From Macrostomum lignano (lineage: Eukaryota): a DNA stretch of 64,000 bases. A program made the position numbers and the translations under genes. Below the pieces are notes generated by a model that saw only the letters and a program-made list of their open reading frames with translations, searched no databases and was not told the origin of the DNA. Below, one piece after another: positions 33,328-46,556 of this stretch (the stretch's first letter is position 1; the number at the start of each line of letters is the position of its first letter). The stretch lies in the NCBI GenBank assembly GCA_002269645.1, contig NIVC01000507.1:124001-188000 (forward strand). The letters are read 5' to 3'.

Positions 33328-34862
33328 CAGGGTTGTTTCACAAACCCTAATTTTCACAACGTCGAAACCAGAACCTTTCATAAGACCTATATTTCATAAA
33401 CCCTAATTTTCACAATGTCGAAAATAAGCAATGCAGCAGATTTCACAAGACCTAAATTTCACAAGCCCTAAATTTCATAACACCTAAAAGGCATGCACAG
33501 AATTTCAAAAGCCCTAAATTTCACTATCTCTAAATTTCACAAAACCTAAATTTCACAAACCCTAAATATCACAACATCGAAAATTAAATTTGCTTCTATT
33601 TTCAGAAGCTTTAAATTTCATAAGCTCTAAATTTCACAACACCTAAAAACACTATGGAGATACAATCTTTCACAAGACCTAAATTTCACAACGTCTAAAA
33701 ACACTATGGAGATACAATCTTTCACAAGACCTAAATTTCACAATGTCTAAAAGCACTATGGAGATACAATCTTTCATAAGTACTGAATCAAGAACTCGTT
33801 TTAGTGACAGGTAATTAGCTCATATGGTAGCTACACTCTACAGCGTAGAGCATACATGTATGTTGCCCAAAGTACTATCAAATAGCACATAAATTCTCTT
33901 TGCTGGCTTAATTAACTATAACGACTTGCATAAGTCACATAAAATTGCAAATTCTCATTCTCATCTTCAAGGGCTACCATAGTATAGTGGTAGCTAATCT
34001 AATTCTGAGTTTCAAATTTTTAAACTCATTCCAAAGTCTGTTTATTAAAAATTCATAAAGTGAAAACATAGGATTGACATAATGGCACAAGAGTTTTTAC
34101 AATAAGTTTTCAAATTCTAACTATCTTTCAACCACTCTTTTCCAAAACCAATCTTGTATTTCCTTTTTCAAATCGATTCATACAACAAATGAGTGAGTAT
34201 AAACCCTTCCATTACTCTTTACTCACATTACCCATTAACACTTCACCAAAGAAACTTCAGAGAGAGAGAGAGAGAGAGAGACTTGGAAACTTCAAAAAGG
34301 TCTTCTAGTTTTAAACTTTTGAAGTCCATTCAGGTAGAATCTTTTTTGTAATAAACTTTCCAAGTAAGCACTACCTGGTTTTGCAATATGAGAAACATTA
34401 AAACTTCATTTATGTACCACACTACCAAGTACCAGTAGCAACTGAGTCCTGACTTGAAAAGTTTGCAATTGAGGTAGCCAATTTTATTTTAGCAATCAAT
34501 AATACTTGTATCTGTATGCTTGCCTTTTATTATGTAATTCACGCATGCTTTTAGACGTTGTGAAATTTAGGTCTTGTAAAAGATTGTATCTCCATAGTGT
34601 TTTAGACGTTGTGAAATTTAGGTCTTGTGAAAGATTGTATCTCTATAGTGTTTTTAGGCGTTGTGAAATTTAGGTCTTGTAAAAGATTATATCTCCATAG
34701 TGTTTTTAGACGTTGTGAAATTTAGAGCTTGTGAAATTTAGAGCTTATGAAATACTGTGCACAACTTTTCGACGATGTGAAAATTAGGGTTTATGAAATT
34801 TAGAGCTTATGAAAGTTTGTCTTGCGATATTGTGAAATTTAGAGCTTGTGAAAGCGACCCTG
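33328..34862. mobile_element. Foldback-like non-autonomous DNA element (1535 bp)
   Basis: CAGGGT..ACCCTG termini flanked by TAATA on both sides; long inverted arms (about 33328-33780 and 34545-34862) built from CTAAATTTCACAA motifs and a ~50-bp repeat; (GA)n in the centre. Confidence 0.8.
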
Positions 34863-35306
34863 TAATACAACTAAAAAACCTATGTTGTTTTATTTAAAAT
34901 TTCTTACTAAAAACTGACTAGCTATGAGTTATTTTGCCAAAAAAGTTTGCTCTTTATAATTTAATTTGGCAAAGGTTTTTTCTTTTACTTCTTTGATAGA
35001 CAAGTGGCAAAACATATACATCAAGAACAAAATGTATATAGAAGACCTTCCAGAGATTGCATAGCATTGCAAATATTGGCACCAATGAATCTCCTCATGC
35101 AAAATTGTAACACTGGGCCTAGCTATCCTTGGTTGTTAGGGATAAGCAAAATAAGAAATATATTTGGATACCTAGACCTCTTTGCAACCAATTTAAGAAA
35201 GTCAAAACCTAATGCATAGGCTTATTTAGTAATAGTAAGATCTATAGAGTAATTTAAATAAAAGATAATGATAACATTATCAAATATTTTATTTCATATT
35301 TTAAAG

Positions 35307-35535
35307 CATGCACGTGCAACTACTGGCTGACCTGACCATACTATAAATTGTAGTAGACTAGGGATGAATTGTAAAAATGCTTATCCAAAAGGATATAGAT
35401 ATAGTACTAATTAAATGCTTAGGCATTCAGCCTTTTAAGACAGTCATAGTTATTATTTTACTTACCCAAAATTGCATTAATTTTTCTATAGGGTTTCTTT
35501 CATAGGTAAGTTGCATTTTTGGTCAAAAAGTAAGT
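35307..35535. mobile_element. Older, truncated copy of the 32144-32440 MITE family
   Basis: Starts with degenerate TIR CATGCACGTGCAAC and is colinear with the MITE interior (GACAGTCATAGTT..TTACCCAAA, GCATTTTTGGTCAAAAA), including the 28S-like cassette at 35406-35467. Confidence 0.7.
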
Positions 35536-38189
35536 TATATAGCTAGTATAAATCAGGGGTTATCTAGATCTATCTTATCTAGAGTCCAGAAGGTTACATG
35601 TATACCAGAAAATTCCAATATACAAATGACCCTTTTCAAAGTTGGTATACAAATTTTGGCATACAAATTCATGCAATTTTTTTGCATACAAATTTGGGTA
35701 AATAAATTTATGCCATGCATAAAAATTGTAATGTAAATTTACATTTTTACATAAAATAAAGGAAAATTTGTATCATCTAAAAAGTCAGTGATAAAGTTTT
35801 TGCTTCTTTAAAATTAACAATAGATAAAAATAGTATAATTTACTGCTAGGAATGTACATTTTATATCATTCTTTCTATAGGTATAATTTAAGTTTGTTTA
35901 AATGAAAATGTTTGTAATATTTTGAAAATACTTTTTGTACAAAAGCCCCTTCTTAGGAAATTCTACTTATGAAAACCAAATGACCTTTTATTAGGACGAA
36001 TTTTTAGTATACATTTTAGGGAATTTTTTGTTTTTGGCATACACTGGTATATATTTAGTTGAGATAGGATTCTTATTCTGGTGTACACTAGACCCCTACT
36101 ACACAATCTAGACCCTAGAGGGTTGTCTTGTATATATACTAGAAAATTCTAGTGTATAATAGACTCAAAGAAATGGTAGGCCCTAGGCATAAAGTATCTC
36201 ATGTATAGAATAATCTGCCAGAAAATTCCACTATAGAGTTGACATTTGCAACATAGGCCTATAGCATAGGCCTAGCTATTAGCATACACAAACAAAAATG
36301 TTATAATGCAAAAAAGTATTCTAGGCCTATTGTTGCAATACAAAAATACAAAAAGGTCCTTTATTATAGCAATGTTTTAGGATAATGTCTAGGCCCTAGC
36401 TATATAGATCACAACTAATTTTTTGGTATAAATTTGAATTAATGGTATAATACAATATAGAGTGATCATTTTTTCTAGAAAACTAGCAAACTAGCAAAAT
36501 GTAACAGATTTAAAAATGTGGTCTAAGCTTTAAAATTGCTCATTTGCTCAATATTTGGCTCCAGTTAGTCTTAGATCATTTTTAGATCATTGTCTAATCC
36601 AGCCTATTGCCCTAGGCCTATTTATCTTTCTATACAAAAATTATTCAAATTTATTATTTTACTTTAAAGCTAGGCCTAGGCCTAGTTGATAATAGGGCCT
36701 ACACAAATACAAACACACTGCATATTCATTAACACTTGAAGACTAGAGGCCCCTAGGCTAGGCCTAAAGAGATATTGCATACAATATGAATATTAATAGG
36801 CCTATTATTGTTATATCTTAAACTGCACTGCAGCCCTATTAGGCTAGCTAGGGGCCTAGGCCCTAGGCTAAAAAATTAAACTTATATATTGGTATAATGT
36901 AGAACTGTACATACTGGCAAAATTGCAGATAAAAATTTCAAGAATATGATATTCAAGGCAAACTTTCAAATTCGAAACAAAAGTTAGGCCTAAGAAAAAA
37001 TGGAAAACCCCTTGTAGGCTAGCCATAGTAATTTTTACATGTATGCAGTGCTGCCAGTGCAGTGCTGTATTATTGGTAGGCCTAGTTTGTAGCCTACCCA
37101 TTGCCATTGGCATAAGTAAATTGTGGTCAAGATCCAGATGCTTGCTAAATTGAACAGTATTACAGTAGGCCTATTTAGTAATACTATTTAGTTTGGTGTT
37201 TGGCTCCTTTTTACTAGCCTAAACAAGTTCAAATTATAAGCACGAAAATAAATCAAAAGAAGATGACAGTTTAAAGTAAATGCATAAGAATATCAATAAT
37301 AACGAAAAGTTTACAAATAAATTTTAACCTTAAAGACTTAAGCCTAAGTATCAATCCATGGTACATAGATCCATCAATGCAAAATTAATCGCATCGCATC
37401 GAAGTCCGCGACGAGCCCGTGAGTGGCTTTTTTAAAAACTCTTTGTAAGAAAAAAGAATTAAAACAAACGTTACTATAAAATTGCACTTTTTATTATATA
37501 TAGTTTCTATTATATATTTATTAAATTAACTAAAACAAAGTTTTTTTTATTTTTTCAATCAAATTTGTATAAAAACGTCTTATTTGTATATGAATGATCA
37601 TCGAATCAGATTTACGAGCTAGAGGCGGTGTGGAGTGTGTAAGTTTTTTATTGTATATATATTGACTTGGAGTAGCAATTTAAGTGCAGGGTGGGCGGGC
37701 GGAAAAATTATGAGGTGGAGAAGCTACTGCAGAGAGAATAAACTGCGGGGTGGGGCTGCCATGGGATCGCAGAGATCGAATTGCTATTACATAGCTGGCT
37801 GCAGTCACGTACGCTGAACTTATGGGAGCTTAGAAAACTATAGGGTTGACAGCCGACAAGTAGACAAAAAATGGTATATCGATCATCGCAGACTGCATGC
37901 ATGGTGGTACGTGGTTCTTAAATGTACATTTCGCCTGATGAGCTGTCTTTGGTACCGGTATCTGCAAGCTGGGATTCTTTTTTGGGACTGTCGGCTGTTC
38001 GACTGAATCTCTATTGGCCGCTTTAAAGCACTGCTTAATATAGCCGTCGAGGCGCGTTGAAGACAGCTGCATGCTGCGCAGGTCGCGTTTTCTTTCTAGG
38101 TAGCATCGCAGGGTTCGTTCAGGTGTCGACAGGAAGATTTTTCAAATTAATAAGCGCCGCTGTTTGACTAGATGCACCAGACATAGTTG

Positions 38190-39258
38190 CTTGACAAGAC
38201 GACCCCGCGATTCGGCAAGCGAGGAAAGAGCTGGAGAGACTCCGTTTGAGCAGGCGACCAACTCTCGAGGCAGAGGAGGCGATCGGCGGCTAGCGTCTAT
38301 ATCTGCAGCGCCAGCAGGCTGCTGTTGATGACGCCATTCGGGCCGTCTTCGCCGCTGGGCCCGATGCCAGAGGCCGCGTGGCTTGGTCGGCTATGAATGC
38401 TCTGACGGAGCGAAAGCGGCGCATTCCGCTAAACCTGGCAGGTGACTCTGCGGACGAGCGCAGGAACGAGCTGCGTGAGCTTGGCCGCCATTGTCAACGT
38501 GCCACCACCCCCGCTGGCAGACAGTCTGGACGCTGCCGCCGGAGATGCCGTTGCCGGCAGAGGAGAGCTTCAGCCTAGCACCGGTCATCACAGCCGACGT
38601 TGTGAGGCTCGCCCAACAGTCACCGGGCGGGAAAGCGCTGGGCGAGGTGCCCATCGAGGCGCTGCGCATCCACTGTGTGCATGCCAGTAAGGTCGCCAGA
38701 GTGACGAATCGCGTGCTCTTCGGTGAGGAGGCAACCAACGAATGGACCACGGCTCACATCGTCGCAGTTCCTAAGAAGCCGGGCACCACGAGGCTTGAAG
38801 AGCATCGAGGCATCTGCCTCAATTCAGTCCTGCGCTGTTCAACCGGATGCTGTTATCGCGGTTGCAGCTGGTGCTGGATCCATACCTTCGGCCTGATAAG
38901 AACGGCTTCCGTCCCCGTCGCGGCACAGTGACGCAGATCCTGGCTTTTCGGCGAGTCATCGAGAAAGCACGGATACGCCAGTTGATCCTGATTGTTATCT
39001 TCATAGATTTCAAGAAGGCACTCGACTCGGTCGTCAGGTCTGTGCTCCCTAAGGTGCTCCGTGCATACAACGTGCCAGAGCAGCTGATTTCCGCCATCAT
39101 GGCGATGTACCGTGATACGAAAGCTGCTGCTTCAAACCCGGACGGCCTATCGGACTACTTTGAGACATCCTCCGGGGGCGTTCATTCGCGACCTGGCCTT
39201 AAGGCGCGCCCTGTGACGCTAACTGCGTATTCTGTTGTTGTTGTTATTGTTGTTATTA
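38190..39258 (+). mobile_element. RTE-like LINE fragment, 5'-truncated and internally deleted
   Basis: Encodes EWTTAHIVAVPKKPGTTRLEEHRGI, QLVLDPYLRPDKNGFRP, IFIDFKKALDSV up to TSSGG, then jumps to the 3' end GGCCTTAAGGCGCGCCCTGTGAC and a (TTG)n tail; homologous to the minus-strand copy. Confidence 0.85.
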
Positions 39259-39609
39259 ATATCCAATATGGCTCAGATTTGGAAAGGCGGAATTGTTGAC
39301 ATTCGAGGGGAATCGTTAACACCCGATATGGCTCAAAGATGGAATTTTTTAGATTCAAGGGGAATCGTTAAGATCCAATATGGCTCCAATATAGCTGAGA
39401 TTCCATGGCTCAAGACTGGATTGCTGAGATTCATGGCTGAAGGCGGAATTGCTGATTCGTATTTTTAACTTGCATTTCTTTGTCCATGCTTATAATATCT
39501 TTACTTATCAGCAGGGGCGTCGCAACAGATTTTATGATGGGGGGGGGCAAAGCCAAGAAGTCAACATGTACATGCCTAAATTCCTAAATTTACATAATTT
39601 TCAGAATCG

Positions 39610-39775
39610 CTGTTGTCAGCGCTCATTTTGGCGCCGCAGGCATTCATTTTGGCGCCGCAGGCACTCATTTTAGCGCCGCAGGCACTCATTTTGGCGCCGC
39701 ATGCACTTATTTTAGCGCCGCAGGCACTCATTTTGGCGCCGCAGGCACTTATTTTGGCGCCACAGGCACTATGTT
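39610..39775. repeat. 21-bp array GCGCCGCAGGCACTCATTTTG inside the hAT-like MITE
   Basis: About 7 units. Confidence 0.9.
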
Positions 39776-39804
39776 TCGTCGCCCTGCAGCAAAATTTTTG
39801 ATTT

Positions 39805-42800
39805 CCAAAACAACAACAACAACAAAGTACACTGGATAGTCTCTAGTGTCACAGGGCGCGTCTTAAGGCCAGGGTGCGAACAAAGGCCGCTCCGCCGGCA
39901 GAGTCCGGGGCGCCGACGTCAGCCAGCAGGCAGTCGATGAAACGCCGAGTGCGCACCTGTCCTCGCCGGTAGGGTGCCTGCAGCATGAGCAGCAGCACCT
40001 ACTGCACCGGCTGTGGGCAGTACGACTCGGCGCGGATGATATGACCTGCCAGCTGGAGTCGCCGACGGCGCAGCAGGTCACTTGGACGGGCCAGGCCGGC
40101 GCGGCGATAGAGTGCCGCGTTGGTGACTCGCTCGTCGCCGATCTTGAAGGTGGCGCGCAGCAGACCAGCGTGCGCCGCGTCGACTTGATGTTCGAGCGAG
40201 TCTGTCAGCGTCCAGGTCTCGGTGTTGTAGAGCAGGACGGTCTCGATTACCGCCTGGAACAGTGCCGCCCTCTGACGGTCCGGAAGGGCCTCAGACTGCA
40301 GGACCGCCCTCACAGAGCGGAAGGCAGCCCAGGCAAGCCCGCGGCGACGACGCAGATTCTCGCGAGCGTCTGGAACCAGACCGCCGAGGTAGACGAACTG
40401 CTGACATCGCGGAAGTTCCGTTGCCTGTCCGTCAGCGCCTCGGCATAGGATAGCAGCCTCGATGTCGTCCGGCACGCACAGCACGACGGTCTTCTGCGCG
40501 TTGATCATCAGGCCGACACTTGCCGCAACAGTAACCAGTCGATCAAGCTGTCACTGGGCGCCCTCAACGGTAGAGGACAGCAGGGCGAGATCGTCGGCGT
40601 AACCAAGCACGCTGAGCCGCCTCTCCGGTTGACGTCGACCCACGCGTCACCGCAGCAGGAAGCCATCGTCGTTGGAGGGAAGTGCAGTCCGCAGCATCCA
40701 GTCAAGCACCAGCACGAACAAAAACGGCGCTAGCGTATCTCCTTAAAGAACCCCCGAGGAGGTCTCGAAGAAATCCGATAGGCCATCCGGCGTCGTCACA
40801 GCAGCTTTCGTGTCGCGGTACATCGCCATGATGGCGGAAACCAGCTGCTCTGGCACGTTGGACGCACGGAGCACCATTGGGAGCGCAGCCCTGACAACCG
40901 AGTCGAACGCCTTCTTGAAATCAACAAAGATGACAATCAGGATCGACTGGCGCGTCCGCGCCTCCTCGATGACTCGGCGAAGAGCCAGGATCTGCGTCAC
41001 TGTGCTGCAATGGGGTCGGAAGCCGTTCTGCTCTGAGCGCAGGTACGGATCCAGCACCGGCTGTAACCGCGATAACAGCAGGCGGTTGAACAGCTTCGCA
41101 GCGCAGGACTGAAAGCAGATGCCTCGATGCTCTTCAAGCCTCGTGGTGCCCGGCTTCTTAGGAACTGCGACGATGTGAGCCGTGGTCCATTCGTTGGGCG
41201 CCGCCTCACTGGAAAGCACTCGATTCATCAATCTGGCGACCTCACTGGCCACACAGTGGATGCGCAGTGCTTCGGTGGGCACCTCGTCCGGACCCAGCGC
41301 CTGCCGCCCGGTGACAGCTGGGCGAGCTTCACAACGTCGGCTGTGCTGACTGGGGCTACACTGAAACTCTACTCTGCCGGCAACGGCGTCTCCGGCGGCA
41401 GCGTCAGGTTATCCGGCAGCAGGGGTGGCGGCGCGTTGACAATGGCGAAAAACTCACGCAGCTCATTTCTGCGCTCGTCCCAGTGTCGCCTGCCAGGTTT
41501 AGCGCCAAGCGCCGTTTTTGTCCCGTCAGAGCATTGATGGCAGACCAGGCCACGTGCCTTCTGGCATCGGGCCCAGCAGCAGAGACGGCCTGACAGCGGC
41601 CTGCTGGCGCTTGAGATAGATAGCCGCCAGTACATTCTCTGCTTCGCGGGTTGGCTGTCTGCTCAGACGGAGCCTCTCCACCTCCTCCTTCGCTTGCCGA
41701 ATCTCGGGGTCGTCCTGCCAGACCGGCTGCCCGCGCTGGGCTGGTTGCATCAGCGGGACTGCTTGCTCTGCGGCGGCTCGAACTGCAGCGCACACATCCG
41801 CGTACTCGGCACCGCCACGCTTGCCACCATGCGCAGTGATGAAAGCGCTGGCAAAGCGGCGATGCGTGTTGGCGTCCCTGAGCGCGCGGTAGTAGCGCTG
41901 CGGTGGCCGCTTCGGCGGACGGTAGAGCTGATCGCGAAGTCGAAGGTCGCATTTAAGCAGACGGTGATCGGACCGCAGAGCCAGCGGCGTGATAGCGCGG
42001 CAGTTGACGGCGCGACGGCGCTCACGAAAGCGCAATAGCACGTGGTCGAGCTGTGCCTGTCTGCGTGTTGCGTTCCGCCTGCGCGCGTTCCGCCGCCTCC
42101 TCTTGCAGCCCACGAAAGTCGCGAGCCCGCCCGATGAATTGCGGAAGCGGGTGCTGGCCGACACCATGTCCTGCCTCTCCAGGAAGTCCTCCAGCGCTCC
42201 GGTGTTGCCTTTCTCGCGCGGTGTCACGAACAGCGACCGCTCGGACCTACGCAGGACCGCGTTCAGGTCTCCGAGAACAGCCACTGTGTCACGCTGCGCC
42301 ATAGCCTCCACCTGCACCGAGAGCTGCTCAAAGAAGGTCTGAGCCTCATCAGCGCGGGTGGCAGGGGGCGCGTACGCACAGAACAGGCGAGCGTTCTGGC
42401 CGTGAAGCCGGACGTCGACCCGAAGCAGCCGAGGGGACAGGGAGATGCAGCGACAGCTCTGCTGCAGCCTCGGCCCGATCAGCACTCCAACTCCTCCACG
42501 ACCTCGTTCGTCCGCCGATGTGTAGTGAAGCGTCCACCCGGCGCCCAAGTCCTCACATTGAAGTCCTGGGTCGGCCTTGATGGACACCTCCTGCAGAGCA
42601 ATGACGTCACAGCTGAGGTCGAGCGCTAGCTTTGCCAGCAGCCCTCGTCGCCAGGCGGCCTTGAGAGTGCGGCAGTTCAGCGTCCCGACTCGAAGCGTGC
42701 CCTGTGGTACGGCTGGGGCTCGATGCTGTTGAGCCTCACGGTCCCCGGCGCCACCCGTAAGATCCGTCTGGACCAATGCAGAAGCAGCTCGGCGGGCGGC

Positions 42801-42960
42801 TCCACGCCGTCGGCCTCGCCGGTTTCGCTCACATCGGCGCTAAAACACGCCGGCGTTTGCTCCGCTGCCCTCGCTTGGTCCTGCCGCTGTTGGCCGCCGC
42901 AGCAGTTAAGCGCGGCTCTCCGCCCAGACCACTTGGAGGTCGCGGCATTTATCTGCACCA
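39805..42960 (-). mobile_element. Near full-length, inactivated RTE-clade non-LTR retrotransposon (APE endonuclease + RT)
   Basis: APE: LRVGTLNCRTL, DVIALQEV, LGDLNA, LDHVL, SDHRLL. RT: FVDFKKAFDSV, GVL*GDTLAPFLF (in-frame TAA at 40743-40745), LGYADDLAL; further stops and frameshifts; (TTG)n tail near 39805-39825. Confidence 0.92.
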
Positions 42961-42962
42961 AG

Positions 42963-43236
42963 GTGCAAATAAATTAGGACTGCAAATAAATTAGGACTGC
43001 AAATAAATTAGGACTGCAAATAAATTAGGACTGCAAATAAATTAGGACTGCAAATAAATTAGGGCTGCAAATAAATTAGGACTGCGAATAAATTAGGACT
43101 GCAAATAAATTAGGACTGCAAATAAATTAGGACTGCGAATAAATTAGGACTGCAAATAAATTAGGACTGCGAATAAATTAGGACTGCAAATAAATTAGGA
43201 CTGCGAATAAATTAGGACTGCGAATAAATTAGGACC
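42963..43236. repeat. 17-bp array TGCAAATAAATTAGGAC at the LINE 5' junction
   Basis: About 16 units. Confidence 0.95.
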
Positions 43237-43717
43237 ATGAGCCAACCCATATGGCATGCCCCTCCCATATCTTTTACTGGGGGGGGGACCTGTCCCCCCC
43301 CCCCCCTCGGTGGCGACGCTCCTGCTTATCAGATTTTATATCGTTTGCATTATTATGTGTTAGACTTTGAAGAAAGCGCTGTAGAGCTCTCTTATGTTAA
43401 ACAGGTGATGCATTGCGTAATTTTCTTAAACAATATGAAGGGGAATATTCTGATAATGTTCCTTAGATTTCCACTGTCTGCGCCTTCCGAGGCTATAACG
43501 TGAATTTAAACAACAATAACACCGGAGCTAGATCTCAAAATAATATCAAAAAAGCAAACAAGTATATACGAATCCATATTTTTTGATGCACACAACATAC
43601 ATTCGGCTAAAACTCAACCAACTTAGAGAGAGCTTCATAGCTCATATTGTGTGTCAAGCTATATTGTATAGATATCTAGATAAAATTTCTGGTGGCAAAA
43701 ATAACCGATGCTTGGTT

Positions 43718-43985
43718 GGGTCTGGGGTTATCTTCACTAAATCAAGTACACTGAGTACAGGTGTGACAGAACGTTGAAAATACAGACAAAAATATAATTA
43801 GTGGGTCTGGGGTTATCTTCACTAAATCAAGTACACTGAGTACAGGTGTGACAGAACGTTGAAAATACAGACAAAAATATAATTAGTGGGTCTGGGGTTA
43901 TCTTCACTAAATCAAGTACACTGAGTACAGGTGTGACAGAACGTTGAAAATACAGACAAAAATATAATTAATTGTCTTGAGGTTA
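43718..43985. repeat. 85-bp tandem repeat, about 3 copies
   Basis: Unit starts at 43718, 43803, 43888. Confidence 0.95.
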
Positions 43986-44798
43986 TCCTCACTAAATCAA
44001 GTACATGGAGTACTGGTAGCTATGATTAGAACGATAAAGACAGACAATAATTTATAATTTACGGACTGGGGCATCTTATTTTGAAATTAATGTTACTGAG
44101 TAGTACGGGTACATGCTATAAAAGTGTTAATGCAGCACAAGATAAAGAGATTAAAAAAATATGTTGCCCAATGTACTCGGTTATCAAACAAATAGAATTT
44201 CAACAATTGAGAATTGACAGTTAAAATATTGAAATATAGATCATATTGCTAATCAGTTTATTCAAGGAGTACAATGATGACTCCTTTTTATTCTATTTTT
44301 TCCCGAGTCTTTCATTTCATGCATTTATTTTTCTAAATTTCTCTGCCCCAATAACAAGCAGTAGTAAAAAAATCTGCTTTCTCCATAGCCTAATACTTCA
44401 AACTAACCCAACTCTAATATTTCTTCAAGACCAAACTACTAACAGTAGAAGCCAAAGAAAAACTGACATCAGGAAGTTCTATTCCAAAGAAAGGAGTCCA
44501 GCTTACTTCAGGATGAATACTGACTCCACCTTGCAGACCCTCTAATAGACCGAGTGTACTATAGCGTTGTACATGTACTAAAAAACTAATAACAACTCAA
44601 AAACTGTTTTCAATCTCACAAAATTTGTAATATTTTATCGCTATTTAATCGTCCGAAATAAATTGCTCAAAATTTTGAAGCATCACGCCTTCTTACTACC
44701 GGCAGTCCTTCCATTTGCCATTGTCTTACGTCTGATTCTTCGCATGGTGCCGAGATCACAACAGAACCACCGCGTTTCGCCTTGCCTTCTTGTACCTT

Positions 44799-46556
44799 TC
44801 AAGCGTCCGCATCGAGAAGCTCCTCAGCTGGTCCTGGTTCGGGCCGATCCACGGCCTCCTCACCCTGCTGATCGAGCTGGCGCTGCCGTTTCTGAACAAT
44901 TCTGAGGTGCACAGCGTGCATCTCTCTGTAGTTACGACTGATTTCTTCCGGATCAACGTAAACGGGGCCCATGTCCATCACGACGGCTGGTTCATCGTTG
45001 TTTTCGTCGCGCCACTTCAGCAGCTGGCACACATCGTTTCTGTACTTTTTGTTCAGTACGATGAAGACTAAGAAGCTGGCAGCGCAGTCAACTGTGGCAG
45101 ACAGATCGATCAGCGGCACAGAATAGTCCGGCAGTAACTTAAACAAGTTGAAAGTGACGCAAACCATTCCAGGCAGCTCGAAGACAATGAAAACGACAGC
45201 GAGTCCCAGTACGATGTGCGTGGCGAGCAGATGGCTGGCGGCGTGAGCCTCGGCCTGGGCGGCGTCAACCTCGCCCGGTGGTCTGTTCCGTTGAATGAAC
45301 AGCTTCAAAGCGGTGGCAACGGTAGTCAAGAAGATCACAGTGATGGGCACGTATGTCTGCGGAGTTCGAGTGAGGTGCATTTGCACCTCCAACAGAAGGT
45401 ACTCGCTACCATTCAGGAAAACGTTCCAGATGACGTAAGTCCCAGTCACAGAGATGAGCACGATCAGCATTACCACGACGAAGGCGTAACGTTGAAAGCG
45501 GCTCGTAATCCACTGCTGGAACAGGAACGGCTTGAAGGTGGCGAAGCAGCTGAACCCGCTGAGGCAGGCAGTCCACATGTTCCTGAGAGACAGGCTGTAG
45601 GAAACCAAACAGTAGAGCAGCTGAAAGGAACAAACCCAGATTTTTCCTATTTACATGAATCATCTACTCGAATATGAAGTTGCTAATAAGCATATCAGGC
45701 TTTAATTTCGTAGAAACTTCTAACGACTTCTAAGATAGCATATAGAGGCAGCTACGAGCGTATGCCCGAAACTGTAGGAAAAATCACTGGAAAATTCCAT
45801 CACAAGTCGAAAATTTTACAGCTTTTTTGGCGTCCCAGCTATTCCATGTTTTTAGGTAGAGGGTTAGGGGGTCCTGTATATGAGTCGAGATTTTATTCGG
45901 ATAATGGAGCCTGATGGAGGCCCCGAACCAGAGGGGGTTACAAGATGTAGGCGGGGGGTCTGTAGATGTTCAAAGATTCAGCTGAATCGACAGCGACACC
46001 ACGCCCTTCTGTAATTCGTCTTCATAGCCTCTAAGCCCACGACGGCCCCCGAAGCTTCCAGGCCTGACAAGCCTTCTAGAATGAGAATGTCTAAAAAATG
46101 ACTCGAAGACGTCAGGGGATTTAGAGATGATGATAACCTGCATTAAGCGGTTAAAACTTAACTATATATCTTCCGAGAGCGCATGTATGCACATAGAAAC
46201 GAAAAAAACGCTCATTTGAAATTCGGACTCACTTCGAACATGATGCCTCCTTCTTCGGTCTTCTCTGTCACTACAAGCATTATATCGTAAATTGCATAGC
46301 AACAGATGGACACCGTGAAAACCATATTGCTTATTTGCATTAGATACAGGCCTGTGTTGACTTGCTGAGCCATCTGTGTTCGATTGTTCTTCAACAACAT
46401 CACCGACATAACACCGTTCAGCAGACCAACAATGGCCAAAGGAATGTTGATCCCGCGAACGAGTATGTAACCGTTGGTGTACGTTGCGTTCGGTATTGTC
46501 TCGTTCATCATTTCCACATGATTTAGTAACGGCAAAGTTTCTCTAGCTTTAGACAT
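44799..46556 (-). CDS. Orphan class A (rhodopsin-like) 7TM receptor, peptide-receptor/srw-like; 2 exons, 381 aa
   Basis: Exons 46556-46233 (donor GTGAGT) and 45620-44799 (CCTTTCAG acceptor), phase 0. About seven hydrophobic segments, N-terminal NET/NAT sequons, TM6 VFIVFELP, TM7 ..ASFLVFIVLNKKYR. Confidence 0.8.

Larger units (their letters stand above)
39512..43324. mobile_element. hAT-like MITE interrupted by the RTE LINE and two minisatellites
   Basis: TIRs CAGGGGCGTCGC (39512-39523) and GCGACGCTCCTG (43313-43324), 11/12 complementary; 8-bp TSD CTTATCAG at 39504-39511 and 43325-43332; subterminal G/C runs. Confidence 0.85.

Noticed and set aside
21983-35467. 28S-like segments as functional rRNA genes
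   Set aside because: Only about 60 nt each, H69 stem partly broken, no flanking rDNA.
37830-38072. 80-aa minus-strand ORF as a gene exon
   Set aside because: No recognisable domain or convincing splice partner.
7709-46556. Ric-8 and GPCR as a G-protein signalling cluster
   Set aside because: 26 kb apart, separated by BOP1 and TEs; GPCRs are abundant, so proximity is unremarkable.
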